Below are positions 50,102 through 60,573 of a stretch of DNA of 64,000 bases, piece after piece. This stretch comes from an uncultured Hyphomicrobiales bacterium (GTDB lineage Bacteria; Bacteroidota; Ignavibacteria; Kapaibacteriales; UBA2268), in the NCBI GenBank assembly GCA_964634885.1, contig CAZWLN010000011.1:7216-71215 (forward strand), written 5' to 3'. Position 1 is the stretch's first letter; each line of letters begins with the position of its first letter. The notes beneath the pieces are model-generated. The model did not search any database. It was not told the origin of the DNA and saw only the letters and a list, made by a program, of their open reading frames with translations. Position numbers and translations under genes: made by a program.

Positions 50102-50116
50102 AAAAAATCGAGCGGC

Positions 50117-50581
50117 TCAGCTCAACTCGCTGTAAGCGGGGACATCAGGCGAGATGGAGAATGACTTTGACACCCTGTCAATCTTTATGAAATAATGGAC
50201 GAGGCCGTTTGTAATTATGAGGTTGTCAACATTGAGCTTCAGGTTGTATGTCCCGATCTGCTGGAGGGTTTTCTGTGACAGTTCGACACTGTGGGCTTTA
50301 CATTCAACAACAGCCAGGGGATTGAAGTCTTTGCCATAGACAACGATGTCGCACCTCTTTGCAAGCCCGTTTACCGTCAGTGAGGCTTCGAGCCTGATAC
50401 GTGTCATGGGGCAGGCTTTTTCTTCGACGAGGTACCTGGCGAAGTTCTGCCTCACCCACTCCTCCGGTGTCAGTTTTACATATTTCTTACGGAAGCTGTC
50501 GTAGATGGAAGCGTCGCTGTTGTACAGCCTGACAGGGAATTCATACTGCGGGAGGTTAAGTTGTGGAAGTTCGAGGCTCAT
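50117..50581 (-). CDS. Stand-alone HsdR N-terminal-like (HSDR_N_2) domain protein
   Basis: YDSFRKKYVKLTPEEWVRQ, RCDIVVY, VVECKA, TNGL. Confidence 0.88.
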   Translation of the reverse strand: MSLELPQLNLPQYEFPVRLYNSDASIYDSFRKKYVKLTPEEWVRQNFARYLVEEKACPMTRIRLEASLTVNGLAKRCDIVVYGKDFNPLAVVECKAHSVELSQKTLQQIGTYNLKLNVDNLIITNGLVHYFIKIDRVSKSFSISPDVPAYSELS

Positions 50582-50587
50582 GACGGT

Positions 50588-50917
50588 TTACTTTGCTAAT
50601 TTTGGATTGTCTTTATGGCGGCGGCTGTCGCGTTCGGTCTTCTTTACTAAGTTTTTCCGCAGCGCTTCAGTCAGGTCAACTCCTGTCTGGTTGGCAAGGC
50701 AGATGAGAACGAAGAGTACGTCGGCGTATTCATCCGCCAGTTCTTTCGTAGTGTCGGCAGCCTTGAAAGACTGTTCCCCGAAACGGCGGGCGATGATGCG
50801 GGCAACTTCGCCCACTTCCTCGGCAAGCAGCGCCATGTTCGTCAACTCGGAGAAATACCTCACCCCGTGGTCTTTAATCCATCTGTCAACCGTTTCCTGT
50901 GCTTCCTTTATCGTCAT
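50588..50917 (-). CDS. MazG-like nucleotide pyrophosphohydrolase (YpjD type)
   Basis: YFSELTNMALLAEEVGEVAR, ELADEYADVLFV. Confidence 0.92.
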   Translation of the reverse strand: MTIKEAQETVDRWIKDHGVRYFSELTNMALLAEEVGEVARIIARRFGEQSFKAADTTKELADEYADVLFVLICLANQTGVDLTEALRKNLVKKTERDSRRHKDNPKLAK

Positions 50918-51164
50918 AAGAACCCATTATTTCAATATTATCAATTTATACAATTATTAGTAGAAGTAAATGACGGTAAGTAATTGCTAAACGGAAATAT
51001 TTTCTCAAAAATTTTCACCAATTATATCACTTTCTGTCAATGAAAGATAAATCTTTTCCGATAATATACGTATTAGATAAAATTATCTGATAATATTTCG
51101 GAATTATCGGTGTAATTATATTATGTATTTTTTGTAAAACATTGACATTTGTGAGGAGTCGAAC

Positions 51165-54100
51165 GTGAGATTTGTTACCGGAATAATAGCTGGGATATTG
51201 ACCATCAGCACTTTGTGCCTTTGCAACGACGACTGGAGCAGTCCCAATCTTCCTGCAGAGAGCCTGTTTCCTTCTGTGGACACCTTTACTGACGCGCATT
51301 TCGCGAAATTGAAACAGGGCGTTCGCTATGACAACAACGGCAATCCCCTGTACCTGGCAAACAGGATATACGTAAAACTGAAAGCCGCACCCGGCAAAAC
51401 GGTAAAAAACAGCGGCAGGGTGCAGTCGTCCAACGGACAGAGTTTCGGGATTAATTCACTTGACAGCAGGATTGCTGCTTTCAACGCAAAAATCAAACCT
51501 GCATTCCGGCTTCACAACAGCCTCCCTGCAAAAGTCAGGAACCGTGTCCAGTCAGCGGCCAATCTTCCCGACCTGTCGAGAATATACACACTGAGCTTTT
51601 CCGGCCCCTACGACCTTCACAAGGTTGTGGAACAGTTTGCTTCCGACCCCAATGTCGAATACGCAGAACCTGTACCGGTGGACTATCCGCTTGCCGTCCC
51701 GAACGATTCGATGTACAATCTCTGCCAGCACCTGCCTCAGATAATGGCTGAGCAGGCCTGGGAGATACACAAGGGCGAAGACGGCTCCACGCCGATCATC
51801 ATCGGCATCTGCGACACCGGTGTCGATTGGCAGCATCCCGACCTCAATGCGAACATACACCATAACCTGGGCGAAGACGCCAACCAGAACGGCACCGTCC
51901 TGGTATGGGAAGACAGTACACAATCGTGGGTGTTTGACCCCGGCGACATCAACGGCGTTGACGACGACGGCAACGGCTATATCGATGACTTCATCGGCTG
52001 GCATTTCATGACCGACCTCGATGCGGAAACCCAGGACAACAACCCGACGGATTACCAGACTCACGGTACCCATGTTGCGGGCATTGCGGCAGGCGTAACC
52101 AATAACGGCACAGGCATCGCATCGATTAGCTGGAACGTAGAGATACTGGCAGCAGCAACAGCGCCTCCCCAGAGCAATTATATCTACAATGGCTATGAAG
52201 CCCTGGTTTACCTGGCAGAAAACGGCGCCGACGTCATTAACTGCAGCTGGGGCGGAGGTTCATACTCTAAAGCCAATGCCGAATCGATTGAATATGCATA
52301 CGGACTGGGAGCGATCATTGTCGCTTCCGCCGGCAACGACAACACCACCGAATTGCTCTATCCCGGAGCATATCCCAAGGTGGTATGTGTTGCTTCCGTT
52401 GCAAGCAACGACAAGAAAGCCAGCTATTCCACATATAATAAAGCTGTTGACATCTCTTCACCCGGCGGAGACAACAGCGACACGGGCATTCTGAGTACCC
52501 TGCCGGGCAACGACTATGCAAGGTACATGGGCACGTCGATGGCAGGCCCTCTTGCTGCCGGCCTCGTCGGCCTTGTCAGGTCTTACCACCCGGACTGGGA
52601 CAATGAAAAAGTCATCAACCAGGTAATTGGTACCACGGACTATATCGATACATTAAACACCAAGTACGCAAATATGATGGGTTCCGGAAGGATTAACGCA
52701 TACCGCGCCCTTGCCGAAGAGCATCCTTCCAGGAAACAGCAGATCAGCGTGGACCTCGTCCAGGCAATCGTCAAAGACTCCACGGCCAACAACAACGGCG
52801 CCCTCGAACCCGGTGAAGAAATCAACATTGGTTTCATTTTCCGAAACTTCGCACATTTCATCAAGGCCGACAATGTAAAAATCACTCTCAGTTCAAAAGA
52901 CAAAGACGTGGAAGTAATCAATGGTGAATACACAACATCGCTGAACGACGACGGTTTCACACAGATACCCAATGTTTTCACAGTGAAAATCAACCCCGAA
53001 GCCCTCTCTCAGTTTGCCACCCTGACGGTATCCGTTTCCAGCAGCAGCGTGGAAATCGTAAACGGCTCGGACTTCAACTTTGACATTCCTGTCAGCGCCG
53101 GGGGCATCCTGATCTGGGAAGGCGTCAAGAAAGGATACGGGTACAGCGGCACTTTCCTTCGGGACTTCCTTTCGTCGCGAGGTTTCAAGGTATTATACAC
53201 CAATCACTTCCCTGTGTCCCTTACCGGGTTCGATGCTGTCTTTCTCTCCTTCGGCAGCTACGGCTACCACGGCGGAACAGAAGTAAGCACCACAGGTTTT
53301 GACGCCTGGATGGCCGACGTTGTGACCGACTACCTTAAGAGAGGCGGGAAACTATGTTTCGAAGGCGGCGAAGCCCTCGGGTGGGACCAGCTTACCAATA
53401 CGGAACTCCATGGTTTGATGGGCCTGGACAGCACCGACGACGGTACCGACAGCAAAACGCTGGACACTCTTTTGGGCGCAGAAGGTTCAATAATGGCAGG
53501 GCTGCAGTTCTACGGCTCGACGATGTCCTATCGTTCCATCGACAGGCTCTATCCCGGCAAAGCATCGGCGGCTTTCACCGAACCGTCCTATTCCACTTCT
53601 GCCATCCAGTACACAGGCGACTACGGCCAGAAGGTCTTCGCCACGGTCTATCCCGTTTATGAACTCTATGACCATAATAATCCCAATTGCAGGTATGAAA
53701 TAATTAAAAGAGTGCTCAATTACTTCGGATTAGAATTTGAGTACACCGTACCCTATTTCACATATACACCGGGCTACGGCAACAAGAGCCTCAATGTTAA
53801 CTTCACCGACAAATCATATACTTCCGTTCCAATCAAAGCTTACGAATGGGATTTCAACAGCGACGGAATAATCGACGACAGGACCGGCAGTCCTGCCTGG
53901 CTTTACACTGAGAGAGGTACATACACTCCCATGATGAGTGAATACAACGGCTACCACAGCCACAACAGCAGCGGCAGCGTGGACGTATTCGACGGCGAGT
54001 CGGCTCTTTCGTTCGGTTCTTCGGCCCATCTGGCTAAGGCAGAAGCGAATGATACCCTTAAACTGAAACAGGAGTTTACCGTCGAGGCCTGGATTTTCCC

Positions 54101-55466
54101 AAAAACAACGGGTACGCGAAACGCAGGAACAATTATCCAGAAGAGGCCTTTCGTGTTCTCCGTTTACAGCCAGAACAAACTCAGGGCCACATTCCAGAAT
54201 AGCAACAAAGACTATTTCATGATTACTTCAAAGAAAAACACGATAGAACTGAATAAGTGGCAGCATGTCGCTGTTACCTACGACGGGAACAGGAACCTTA
54301 AACTCTATATCAACGGAAGGCTACAGGAACTGGACACCCTGATGGGTGACTATCCCGACACTTTACTGGATAACTCCGACGAGCCGCTTTGCATCGGCAA
54401 TACCGGAGACATGAGGTACAACTTCAACGGCAGAATCGACGAGCTCAGGCTGTGGGAATCATGCCGTTCGCAGGCGGAGATTGCACAGACGATGAACACT
54501 ACGCTTAACGGCTATGAAAATAAACTTGCAGCATACTGGCAGTTTGAAGAGGCAGCCGGCAGCAGTGCTGCGACTACCGGCCAAATCCTCCTTACCGCCG
54601 ATGTCAGCTCGGCATGGGGCCAGGGCTGGCACCCGGGAATGATCATTTCCGACCTGCAGCATACGACAGCCTGCGTTTCAGATGATGCCTCGTTCACCAT
54701 CGACATTGCTTCCGTCAGTGACTCTGTTAATTATAAATGGTTCAAGGGCGGCAATGCAATCGATACGAGTAATAAACGCTATGCCTTGTCGGGCGGTACT
54801 TTGACGATCGGCTCGGTTACTGCCGACGATGCCGGCCTCTACAGTGTTGCGGCAGGCCTTTACAATTCCGGAGTATTAACCCAGAATGTCTCTTCCGCAT
54901 CGGCCCAGCTTACGGTTGTCCCGAAGACAGTCATTTCTTCGCAGTCTCCCAGGAATGTTCTTGTCGAAGGCGAAGATAAGATAACGCTTTTCGTCGAAGC
55001 CAGCGGCGCCGATCCTCTGTATTTCCAGTGGTACAAGGACGAATTCCCTCTTACCGGCAAGGACGACCGGGAATTGGAGATAGAAACCGGTTCCGGCGCC
55101 GACGTTGAAGGTATTTACTACTGTACCGTTGCCAATCCATGCAACAGTTTGACATCGGATACCATCTTCGTCGAGAAAACTTTGGGGGCAGAAGACGACA
55201 GCTATCCTGGTATTTTCACCATAAAACCCAATCCGGTAAGCAATTCTGCGGAGATAGAATATACTATCAGCAGCCCGGCCCAGGTGCACTTCTTCATCTA
55301 TGATATGCTTGGCTCAAAGATTGGTACTCTTACCCCCGGTGTCGCGAACCAGGGCGCATACAGCGCTGTGTTCAGGCCGGCGGACTATTCCCTGGCTCCC
55401 GGTTTGTACATGATTGTCCTCGATGCGGGCAGCCAGAGGTTTACAAAACCGGTAATTGTACGATAG
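51165..55466 (+). CDS. Secreted S8 (subtilisin-like) peptidase with PKD, LamG and Ig domains and T9SS CTD
   Basis: Catalytic D (CDTGVD), H (HGTHVAG) and S (GTSMAG); YEWDFNSDG PKD; WQHVAVTYDG LamG; PNPVS CTD. Confidence 0.93.
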   Translation: MRFVTGIIAGILTISTLCLCNDDWSSPNLPAESLFPSVDTFTDAHFAKLKQGVRYDNNGNPLYLANRIYVKLKAAPGKTVKNSGRVQSSNGQSFGINSLDSRIAAFNAKIKPAFRLHNSLPAKVRNRVQSAANLPDLSRIYTLSFSGPYDLHKVVEQFASDPNVEYAEPVPVDYPLAVPNDSMYNLCQHLPQIMAEQAWEIHKGEDGSTPIIIGICDTGVDWQHPDLNANIHHNLGEDANQNGTVLVWEDSTQSWVFDPGDINGVDDDGNGYIDDFIGWHFMTDLDAETQDNNPTDYQTHGTHVAGIAAGVTNNGTGIASISWNVEILAAATAPPQSNYIYNGYEALVYLAENGADVINCSWGGGSYSKANAESIEYAYGLGAIIVASAGNDNTTELLYPGAYPKVVCVASVASNDKKASYSTYNKAVDISSPGGDNSDTGILSTLPGNDYARYMGTSMAGPLAAGLVGLVRSYHPDWDNEKVINQVIGTTDYIDTLNTKYANMMGSGRINAYRALAEEHPSRKQQISVDLVQAIVKDSTANNNGALEPGEEINIGFIFRNFAHFIKADNVKITLSSKDKDVEVINGEYTTSLNDDGFTQIPNVFTVKINPEALSQFATLTVSVSSSSVEIVNGSDFNFDIPVSAGGILIWEGVKKGYGYSGTFLRDFLSSRGFKVLYTNHFPVSLTGFDAVFLSFGSYGYHGGTEVSTTGFDAWMADVVTDYLKRGGKLCFEGGEALGWDQLTNTELHGLMGLDSTDDGTDSKTLDTLLGAEGSIMAGLQFYGSTMSYRSIDRLYPGKASAAFTEPSYSTSAIQYTGDYGQKVFATVYPVYELYDHNNPNCRYEIIKRVLNYFGLEFEYTVPYFTYTPGYGNKSLNVNFTDKSYTSVPIKAYEWDFNSDGIIDDRTGSPAWLYTERGTYTPMMSEYNGYHSHNSSGSVDVFDGESALSFGSSAHLAKAEANDTLKLKQEFTVEAWIFPKTTGTRNAGTIIQKRPFVFSVYSQNKLRATFQNSNKDYFMITSKKNTIELNKWQHVAVTYDGNRNLKLYINGRLQELDTLMGDYPDTLLDNSDEPLCIGNTGDMRYNFNGRIDELRLWESCRSQAEIAQTMNTTLNGYENKLAAYWQFEEAAGSSAATTGQILLTADVSSAWGQGWHPGMIISDLQHTTACVSDDASFTIDIASVSDSVNYKWFKGGNAIDTSNKRYALSGGTLTIGSVTADDAGLYSVAAGLYNSGVLTQNVSSASAQLTVVPKTVISSQSPRNVLVEGEDKITLFVEASGADPLYFQWYKDEFPLTGKDDRELEIETGSGADVEGIYYCTVANPCNSLTSDTIFVEKTLGAEDDSYPGIFTIKPNPVSNSAEIEYTISSPAQVHFFIYDMLGSKIGTLTPGVANQGAYSAVFRPADYSLAPGLYMIVLDAGSQRFTKPVIVR

Positions 55467-55547
55467 GCTGCTAAGCGGCTGCAACCGGAGAGTTCGTTAC
55501 GGTTGCCGGCAAATAGTAGTACAGGAAATTATATAAAGCCAAAAGTT

Positions 55548-55598
55548 CAGGCCCGGCGGTATTCAACCAGGATACCTGCCGGGCTTGTTTTATTATTT
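55548..55598 (+). terminator. Probable terminator after the S8 gene
   Basis: caggcccggc-ggtat...atacc-t-gccgggcttg followed by ttttattattt. Confidence 0.65.
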
Positions 55599-55664
55599 GC
55601 TGACAGTAGTGGACGATGAAGCAATTGTAAGATCGCTGTGTATCGCTCAATCAGGCTTTGTCCA

Positions 55665-56004
55665 GGGGGGATTATTCCCCAGGGGGAAGGGGCAAGAACG
55701 CCAGGCTCTTCAAGTCCTCCCCAATGGGGAGGATTTAGGTGGGGTTGTACCTTCGAATGGTGAACAACTGGTTTGCTGCAAGATGGACTCCACCTCTGAG
55801 GTGGAGTCCATCCCGACACTCCCGGAACGGAGAAGATTGTTTCTTTTCGTTATCATTCCTATCCACGCCATAAATGACGTGGCTATTTAGTGGGGAAGAA
55901 GCCTCTAAGTTTCAGCTTCTTCTTACTTTATAAACTTGATGAACTTTATAAACTTGATGAACTAATAAACCCCATCCCGGCCTTGCTGTAGGGGTAAGAA
56001 AGAG
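55665..56004. repeat. Composite repeat cluster B (largely the reverse complement of modules in clusters A and C)
   Basis: 55665-55746 matches 62382-62462; 55776-55888 matches 38641-38746; 18-bp tandem (CTTTATAAACTTGATGAA)x2 at 55926-55961; aaaccccatcccggcctt at 55967. Confidence 0.85.
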
Positions 56005-56038
56005 GTGAGCGTCCTGCCGGTCCTCTTTAGCTGTCCTA

Positions 56039-58249
56039 TTACCTTTCCAGGACAATTTTACTGAAGGTGATTTTGTCGTCGGTCCGAAACCGGCAGAAAT
56101 ATACGCCCGAAGGAAGGCCTGCCGTATTCCAGTACGACTTTCGAACACCCGGAGTAAACCAACTGTTTTCAAGAGCGCTGACTTCAATGCCCATAGAATT
56201 GAATATTTTCAATTCAATATGGCAGAATTGACTTGTAGCGTGTTCTATGGTAATGATTCCGTTGCCCGGATTCGGATAGCATTTTACATGCGCATTATAA
56301 TAATCATGGTTCTCATCGACTACATTGCTGTCATACACATATCCGAATACTTCCAACTCATGGATCTTATATCCGCTTTGTTTCTTACTTTTCAGGAACA
56401 ATACCCTTACAAAACGCCCTTTGCTGTCGAGATAGTAATGATGGCCAACGAAAGCGTGAGAGCTGTCGGTCTCATAAATGGTTTCCCAATTGGCCGAATC
56501 CGTCGAAACCTGGATTTTGTAAGAAACCGGGAAATTATTGTCCCAGTTCATTTTTACATGCTCTATTATATATACAGATTCAAGATCTATGCAAACCCAC
56601 TGTGTATCGCTTTCGCTGCTCATCCAATATGTGGAATAGTCCGAATCGACAAGCGAATCTCCTATGGCAGGCGAACCAGGTACCATCGTCGAGGTGGACA
56701 CCTTTTTCCTGAATGCTATGTTATTAGGGATGGGATTTTCAGGCAAAACAAATCCCGGCACCATGCCAACCTTCTTTATGGAAGCCAGGAAGCTTTCATA
56801 GGTCGAATCCGGTTTGGCCGATCCCCAATTGACCTGGGAAGAGACCCTGAGTGAATTATTTATCCCGTATGCAATCTGGTCCTCTGTTTCAAAATCCCCC
56901 CAGTCGCACCATATTTGCAATTTGCTGCCAAGTATCATTGTGGTATCATCTTTGATCCTTTTGTCTCCCTGAAAAACCGAGGGATTCCATTCTGTGTAAA
57001 TTTGCTTGTTCGGCGGCCAACAACGATAGACAGCGCTGTAATAAAGAAAATTCATGTTACTGTTGATCAGTTTGTGCCCCATATCAATCAGCTCCTCCGG
57101 CTGAATGTCACAATACCAGTGTTCCAGTATGATGTCGCTGTTCAGTCGAATTGTTGACCTGGACAAATCATCGCCGTGATAGCAGTCACTCCATGCCCTC
57201 ATTGTTTTGCCGTGGCTTTTGACGACACTGTCCACCATATTAATGAAACCGAAGAAGGCGTCCAACTGGCAGGCTTTTTCACCGTATTGTTTCCGGGCAT
57301 ATCGCCTGAGCTGAGGATATAAAGTGGAATCGGCAAAGAACTCGTCAGCGCCGCAATGCCAGTATGGGCCGGTAAACAACGGAAGGTATTCATTCAGGAG
57401 TGTAACGATGAATCTCAACGATTTCTCCTTAGTGAAATCAATTCTTGGGCTTCCGGTGCCGCTCGTGTCTGTTAAACGATAGCTCGAGTCGAGCCGGGAA
57501 AGAATATGTTCCATATGGTCAGGCATATCAATCTCAGGAATGATTGTAACAAAATACCTGTCTGCCAGTTCCTATAATGACTTAATCTCGGACTTTTTCA
57601 GGTATTTATCAGATTGGATGGCAGGGTAGCTGTCGCATTGGAGCCTGAATCCCTGATGATCGGAGAGATGCCAGTGGAAAAGATTCATTTTCAGGTAGGC
57701 CAGCTCTTTGATGTGCTCTTCAAGCCACTCGACAGTGAAGTATTTCCTGCCGTTGTCAACCATAAGCCCACGCTCGGAATACCTGGGCCAGTCCCTTGCC
57801 ACGCCGCAGCCGACGGTGTCGCCTTGTTTCAACAACTGGAGCAGTGTCCTTGTACCGTAGAATACACCTGCTTTGTAAGGAGAGCCTATCGTGATATGGT
57901 CACCGATTCGCATTGTGTATCCTTCTTTGCCGGGATTGTTACCTGTAAAGCTTAAAGACAAATAAATGTCGCCTGTTTCCGGCTGGCTACCGGTGATTAC
58001 ACTCACATGGCAGCCCCGGAGAACGTATATGTCTTCCCTGAGAGTTCGGGCAACCGGTGTGAGAGCTTCAGAATACTGAGGATCGACAACAATCCTGCTG
58101 TTTGAACTGAAGATGAAACAGCCCTCTCCGTCGGACCATTCCTGCAACGCGGGAATCGTCAACGGCTTCCGGGCAACTGAAATACCTGATTGTAGTATAA
58201 ATAAAGAAAGCGCTATTACAATTAATCCTGCAATACTGATCTTTGACAT
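56039..58249 (-). pseudogene. GH20 beta-N-acetylhexosaminidase/lacto-N-biosidase-like enzyme with F5/8-type C domain and T9SS CTD, interrupted by one in-frame TAG (57572-57574)
   Basis: The two ORFs are in frame; read-through gives EIKSL*ELADRYFVTIIPEIDMPDH. Also ERGLMVDNGRKYF, NLFHWHLSD, catalytic CGADE, CIDLE/YKIQVS discoidin, PNPGN CTD. Confidence 0.85.
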
Positions 58250-58467
58250 ACTTACTCCACCGGATAACAACTACTCAACCAAGCCCGTAACAGCATATCA
58301 TAGTGAACAATTATTTTATGCTGATTCATACAATGTTACATCTTAACCAGAATGTACACTATATAGGTAAATCATAGAATATTTCTTAATTTGCAAGAAC
58401 GAATGTATTGAATACTTATTTTTTGTTCTTTTTTAGATTTTTTTTATTGGATATTGGCACAAGAGGC

Positions 58468-59163
58468 ATGACAGAACAGGTTAAACAGATGTTTTCGAGA
58501 ATAGCACCCCGCTACGACAGGATGAACACCATCCTCTCCTTCGGCATTCATTACCTCTGGAGGAAGAAGGCTGTGCGTTTGTCAGGAGTCAGGGAAGGCG
58601 ACAGTGTTCTCGATTGTGCAACAGGTACGGGAGACCTGGCTTTCGAATTCAGCAGGAAAACCGGCCCCGGCGGATCGGTTACCGCCATCGATTTCAGTGG
58701 CGGGATGATTGCCTTAGCCAGGGAGAAACTTGAGAAAAAAGGCGGCAATATAGATTTTTCCGAAGGCGACGTATTGCAGCTCGGCTTTCCTGACGGCGCT
58801 TTCGACTGCTCGAGCATATCCTTCGGAATCAGGAATGTGGACTCACCGCTGGCAGGCCTCTCTGAAATGGCCAGAGTCGTTAAGCCGGGAGGAAAAGTCA
58901 TCGTCATTGAATTCGGTCAGCCGAAGGGCTTGCTTTCGCTGCCCTACAAGTTCTACGCCCGGTTTGTAATGCCACTTCTCGGCAGGCTTTTCGCCGGCGA
59001 TAAAGACGCATACACCTATCTCCCCGTTACTGCTTCTAAGTTCCCCTGCCGCAACGATTTCATTTCAATCATGGAACAGACCGGACGGCTTACTGACTGC
59101 CGCTTCTATTCACTATCTTCAGGAATTGCATTTATATATGCCGGAATTGTAAAACAACGATAA
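58468..59163 (+). CDS. ubiE: Demethylmenaquinone/ubiquinone methyltransferase
   Basis: MFSRIAPRYDRMN..LSFG.H.LW, VLDCATGTGD, SFGIRNV, YTYLP. Start at MTEQVK after AGAGG. Confidence 0.93.
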   Translation: MTEQVKQMFSRIAPRYDRMNTILSFGIHYLWRKKAVRLSGVREGDSVLDCATGTGDLAFEFSRKTGPGGSVTAIDFSGGMIALAREKLEKKGGNIDFSEGDVLQLGFPDGAFDCSSISFGIRNVDSPLAGLSEMARVVKPGGKVIVIEFGQPKGLLSLPYKFYARFVMPLLGRLFAGDKDAYTYLPVTASKFPCRNDFISIMEQTGRLTDCRFYSLSSGIAFIYAGIVKQR

Positions 59164-59258
59164 AAATATTTAATATTATTTTGAATTATTAACAATGTTT
59201 ACTATTTTAGCAATGTTAATATATTTAATATTATTATAAATTATCGAAAGGCATTAGT

Positions 59259-60497
59259 ATGAATGAACAACCGGCTGTGCAGACAGCAGTTGAACTTGGA
59301 CTGATGGTCGGTTTTCCGGTCCCACAGGACAAGCTTGTAACACACTCAAACCAGTTATACGGCCCGTTCAACCGGTGGAGTTTCCTGAATGAGCTGAAAC
59401 TGAACCGAACTTCTGATGTTTGGAGAGGCAGCGGCAAAGTGGCCGAATTTGATTACGACCTGCAGGAGCTTGGCGAAGTCAGATACAAGAACTTCCTGGG
59501 AGCAGAATTTTCTTTCAATGACATGATCAGGCAGAGCTATACCGATGGTATTATTGTTCTTCACAAAGGCAGGGTCGTGTTTGAACAATACCTCAACGGC
59601 ATGGAGCCTCACACACTTCACGCATGGGCTTCGTGCAGCAAGGCTGTTGTCGGGACTTTGGCTGCCGGCGCAGTTAGCGAAGGACTGATCAACCCCGATG
59701 AACCAATCGTCACATACCTGCCTGAACTCAGAGGCAGCGGATTCGGAGATGCCTCTGTACTCCATGCAATGGACATGACTACAGCTGTCGGCTTCGCTCA
59801 ACCCGACACCGATCCCGTCTCGGAAAACGTACCATACAGCATTGCCATGGGCTGGCGGGCAATGCCTCCGGATTACACCGGCCCCCGTTCGGCCTGTGAA
59901 TTCCTGCCGACTATGGTCAAAACCGGCGAACACGGTGAACGCTTTACATACCAGACTCCAAACTGCGACATACTCGCATGGATATTGAAACGAATATACA
60001 ACAAAAGCCTATCCGCCATCATGCAGGAAAAACTATGGTCAAAACTCGGCGCAGAACGCGACGCCTTCTGGATTGTCGATCCTTCGACTTCTGAGACATC
60101 GGGATCGGGGTTGATCACTACACTAAGAGATATGGCGCGTTTCGGACAAATGTTGATTCAAAACGGCAGGTTTAACGGCATGCAGATACTATCGGGCGCT
60201 GCCGTCGAAGACATTGAAGCCGGAGCGGACAAGGAAGCATTTGCACGAAGCGCGGCAGCAGGCCCCTCCAACATAGGCTATTCCTATCACCACCAGTGGT
60301 GGAACACGCACGATGGACTTGGCGCTTACTATGCACTGGGCTACGGCGGCCAGATACTATATATTGCACCGGCAGCAGAGATGGTAGTAGCAAAGTTCAG
60401 TTCTTACCCCACACCAACACCGGCGGGCAATGAATTCTACGCCGCGCTTGGGGCAATACCGGCGCTGGGCAGGCGACTGATGGAGAAGAACAGCTAA
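59259..60497 (+). CDS. Serine hydrolase, beta-lactamase class C family (NylB/6-aminohexanoate-dimer hydrolase-like)
   Basis: SxxK (ASCSK), FTYQT, LRDMARFG, ALGYGGQ. Confidence 0.85.
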   Translation: MNEQPAVQTAVELGLMVGFPVPQDKLVTHSNQLYGPFNRWSFLNELKLNRTSDVWRGSGKVAEFDYDLQELGEVRYKNFLGAEFSFNDMIRQSYTDGIIVLHKGRVVFEQYLNGMEPHTLHAWASCSKAVVGTLAAGAVSEGLINPDEPIVTYLPELRGSGFGDASVLHAMDMTTAVGFAQPDTDPVSENVPYSIAMGWRAMPPDYTGPRSACEFLPTMVKTGEHGERFTYQTPNCDILAWILKRIYNKSLSAIMQEKLWSKLGAERDAFWIVDPSTSETSGSGLITTLRDMARFGQMLIQNGRFNGMQILSGAAVEDIEAGADKEAFARSAAAGPSNIGYSYHHQWWNTHDGLGAYYALGYGGQILYIAPAAEMVVAKFSSYPTPTPAGNEFYAALGAIPALGRRLMEKNS

Positions 60498-60573
60498 GAG
60501 CTGCCTTTCTGTTGCGTTGCCATTTTCCATTATTGGGACAGGCAACAACATTGGTTAACCGGATCGATGCACA

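Noticed and set aside
50117-50917. HsdR-N plus MazG-like pair as an anti-phage system
   Set aside because: There is no HsdM/HsdS or helicase part. Both stand-alone proteins are, to my knowledge, widespread core genes in Bacteroidota, and their composition is host-like.
57572-57574. Genome-wide amber reassignment (alternative genetic code)
   Set aside because: TAG ends several genes in the window at their expected C-termini (6088, 22963, 38308, 48517, 50101, 55466), so it works as a stop.
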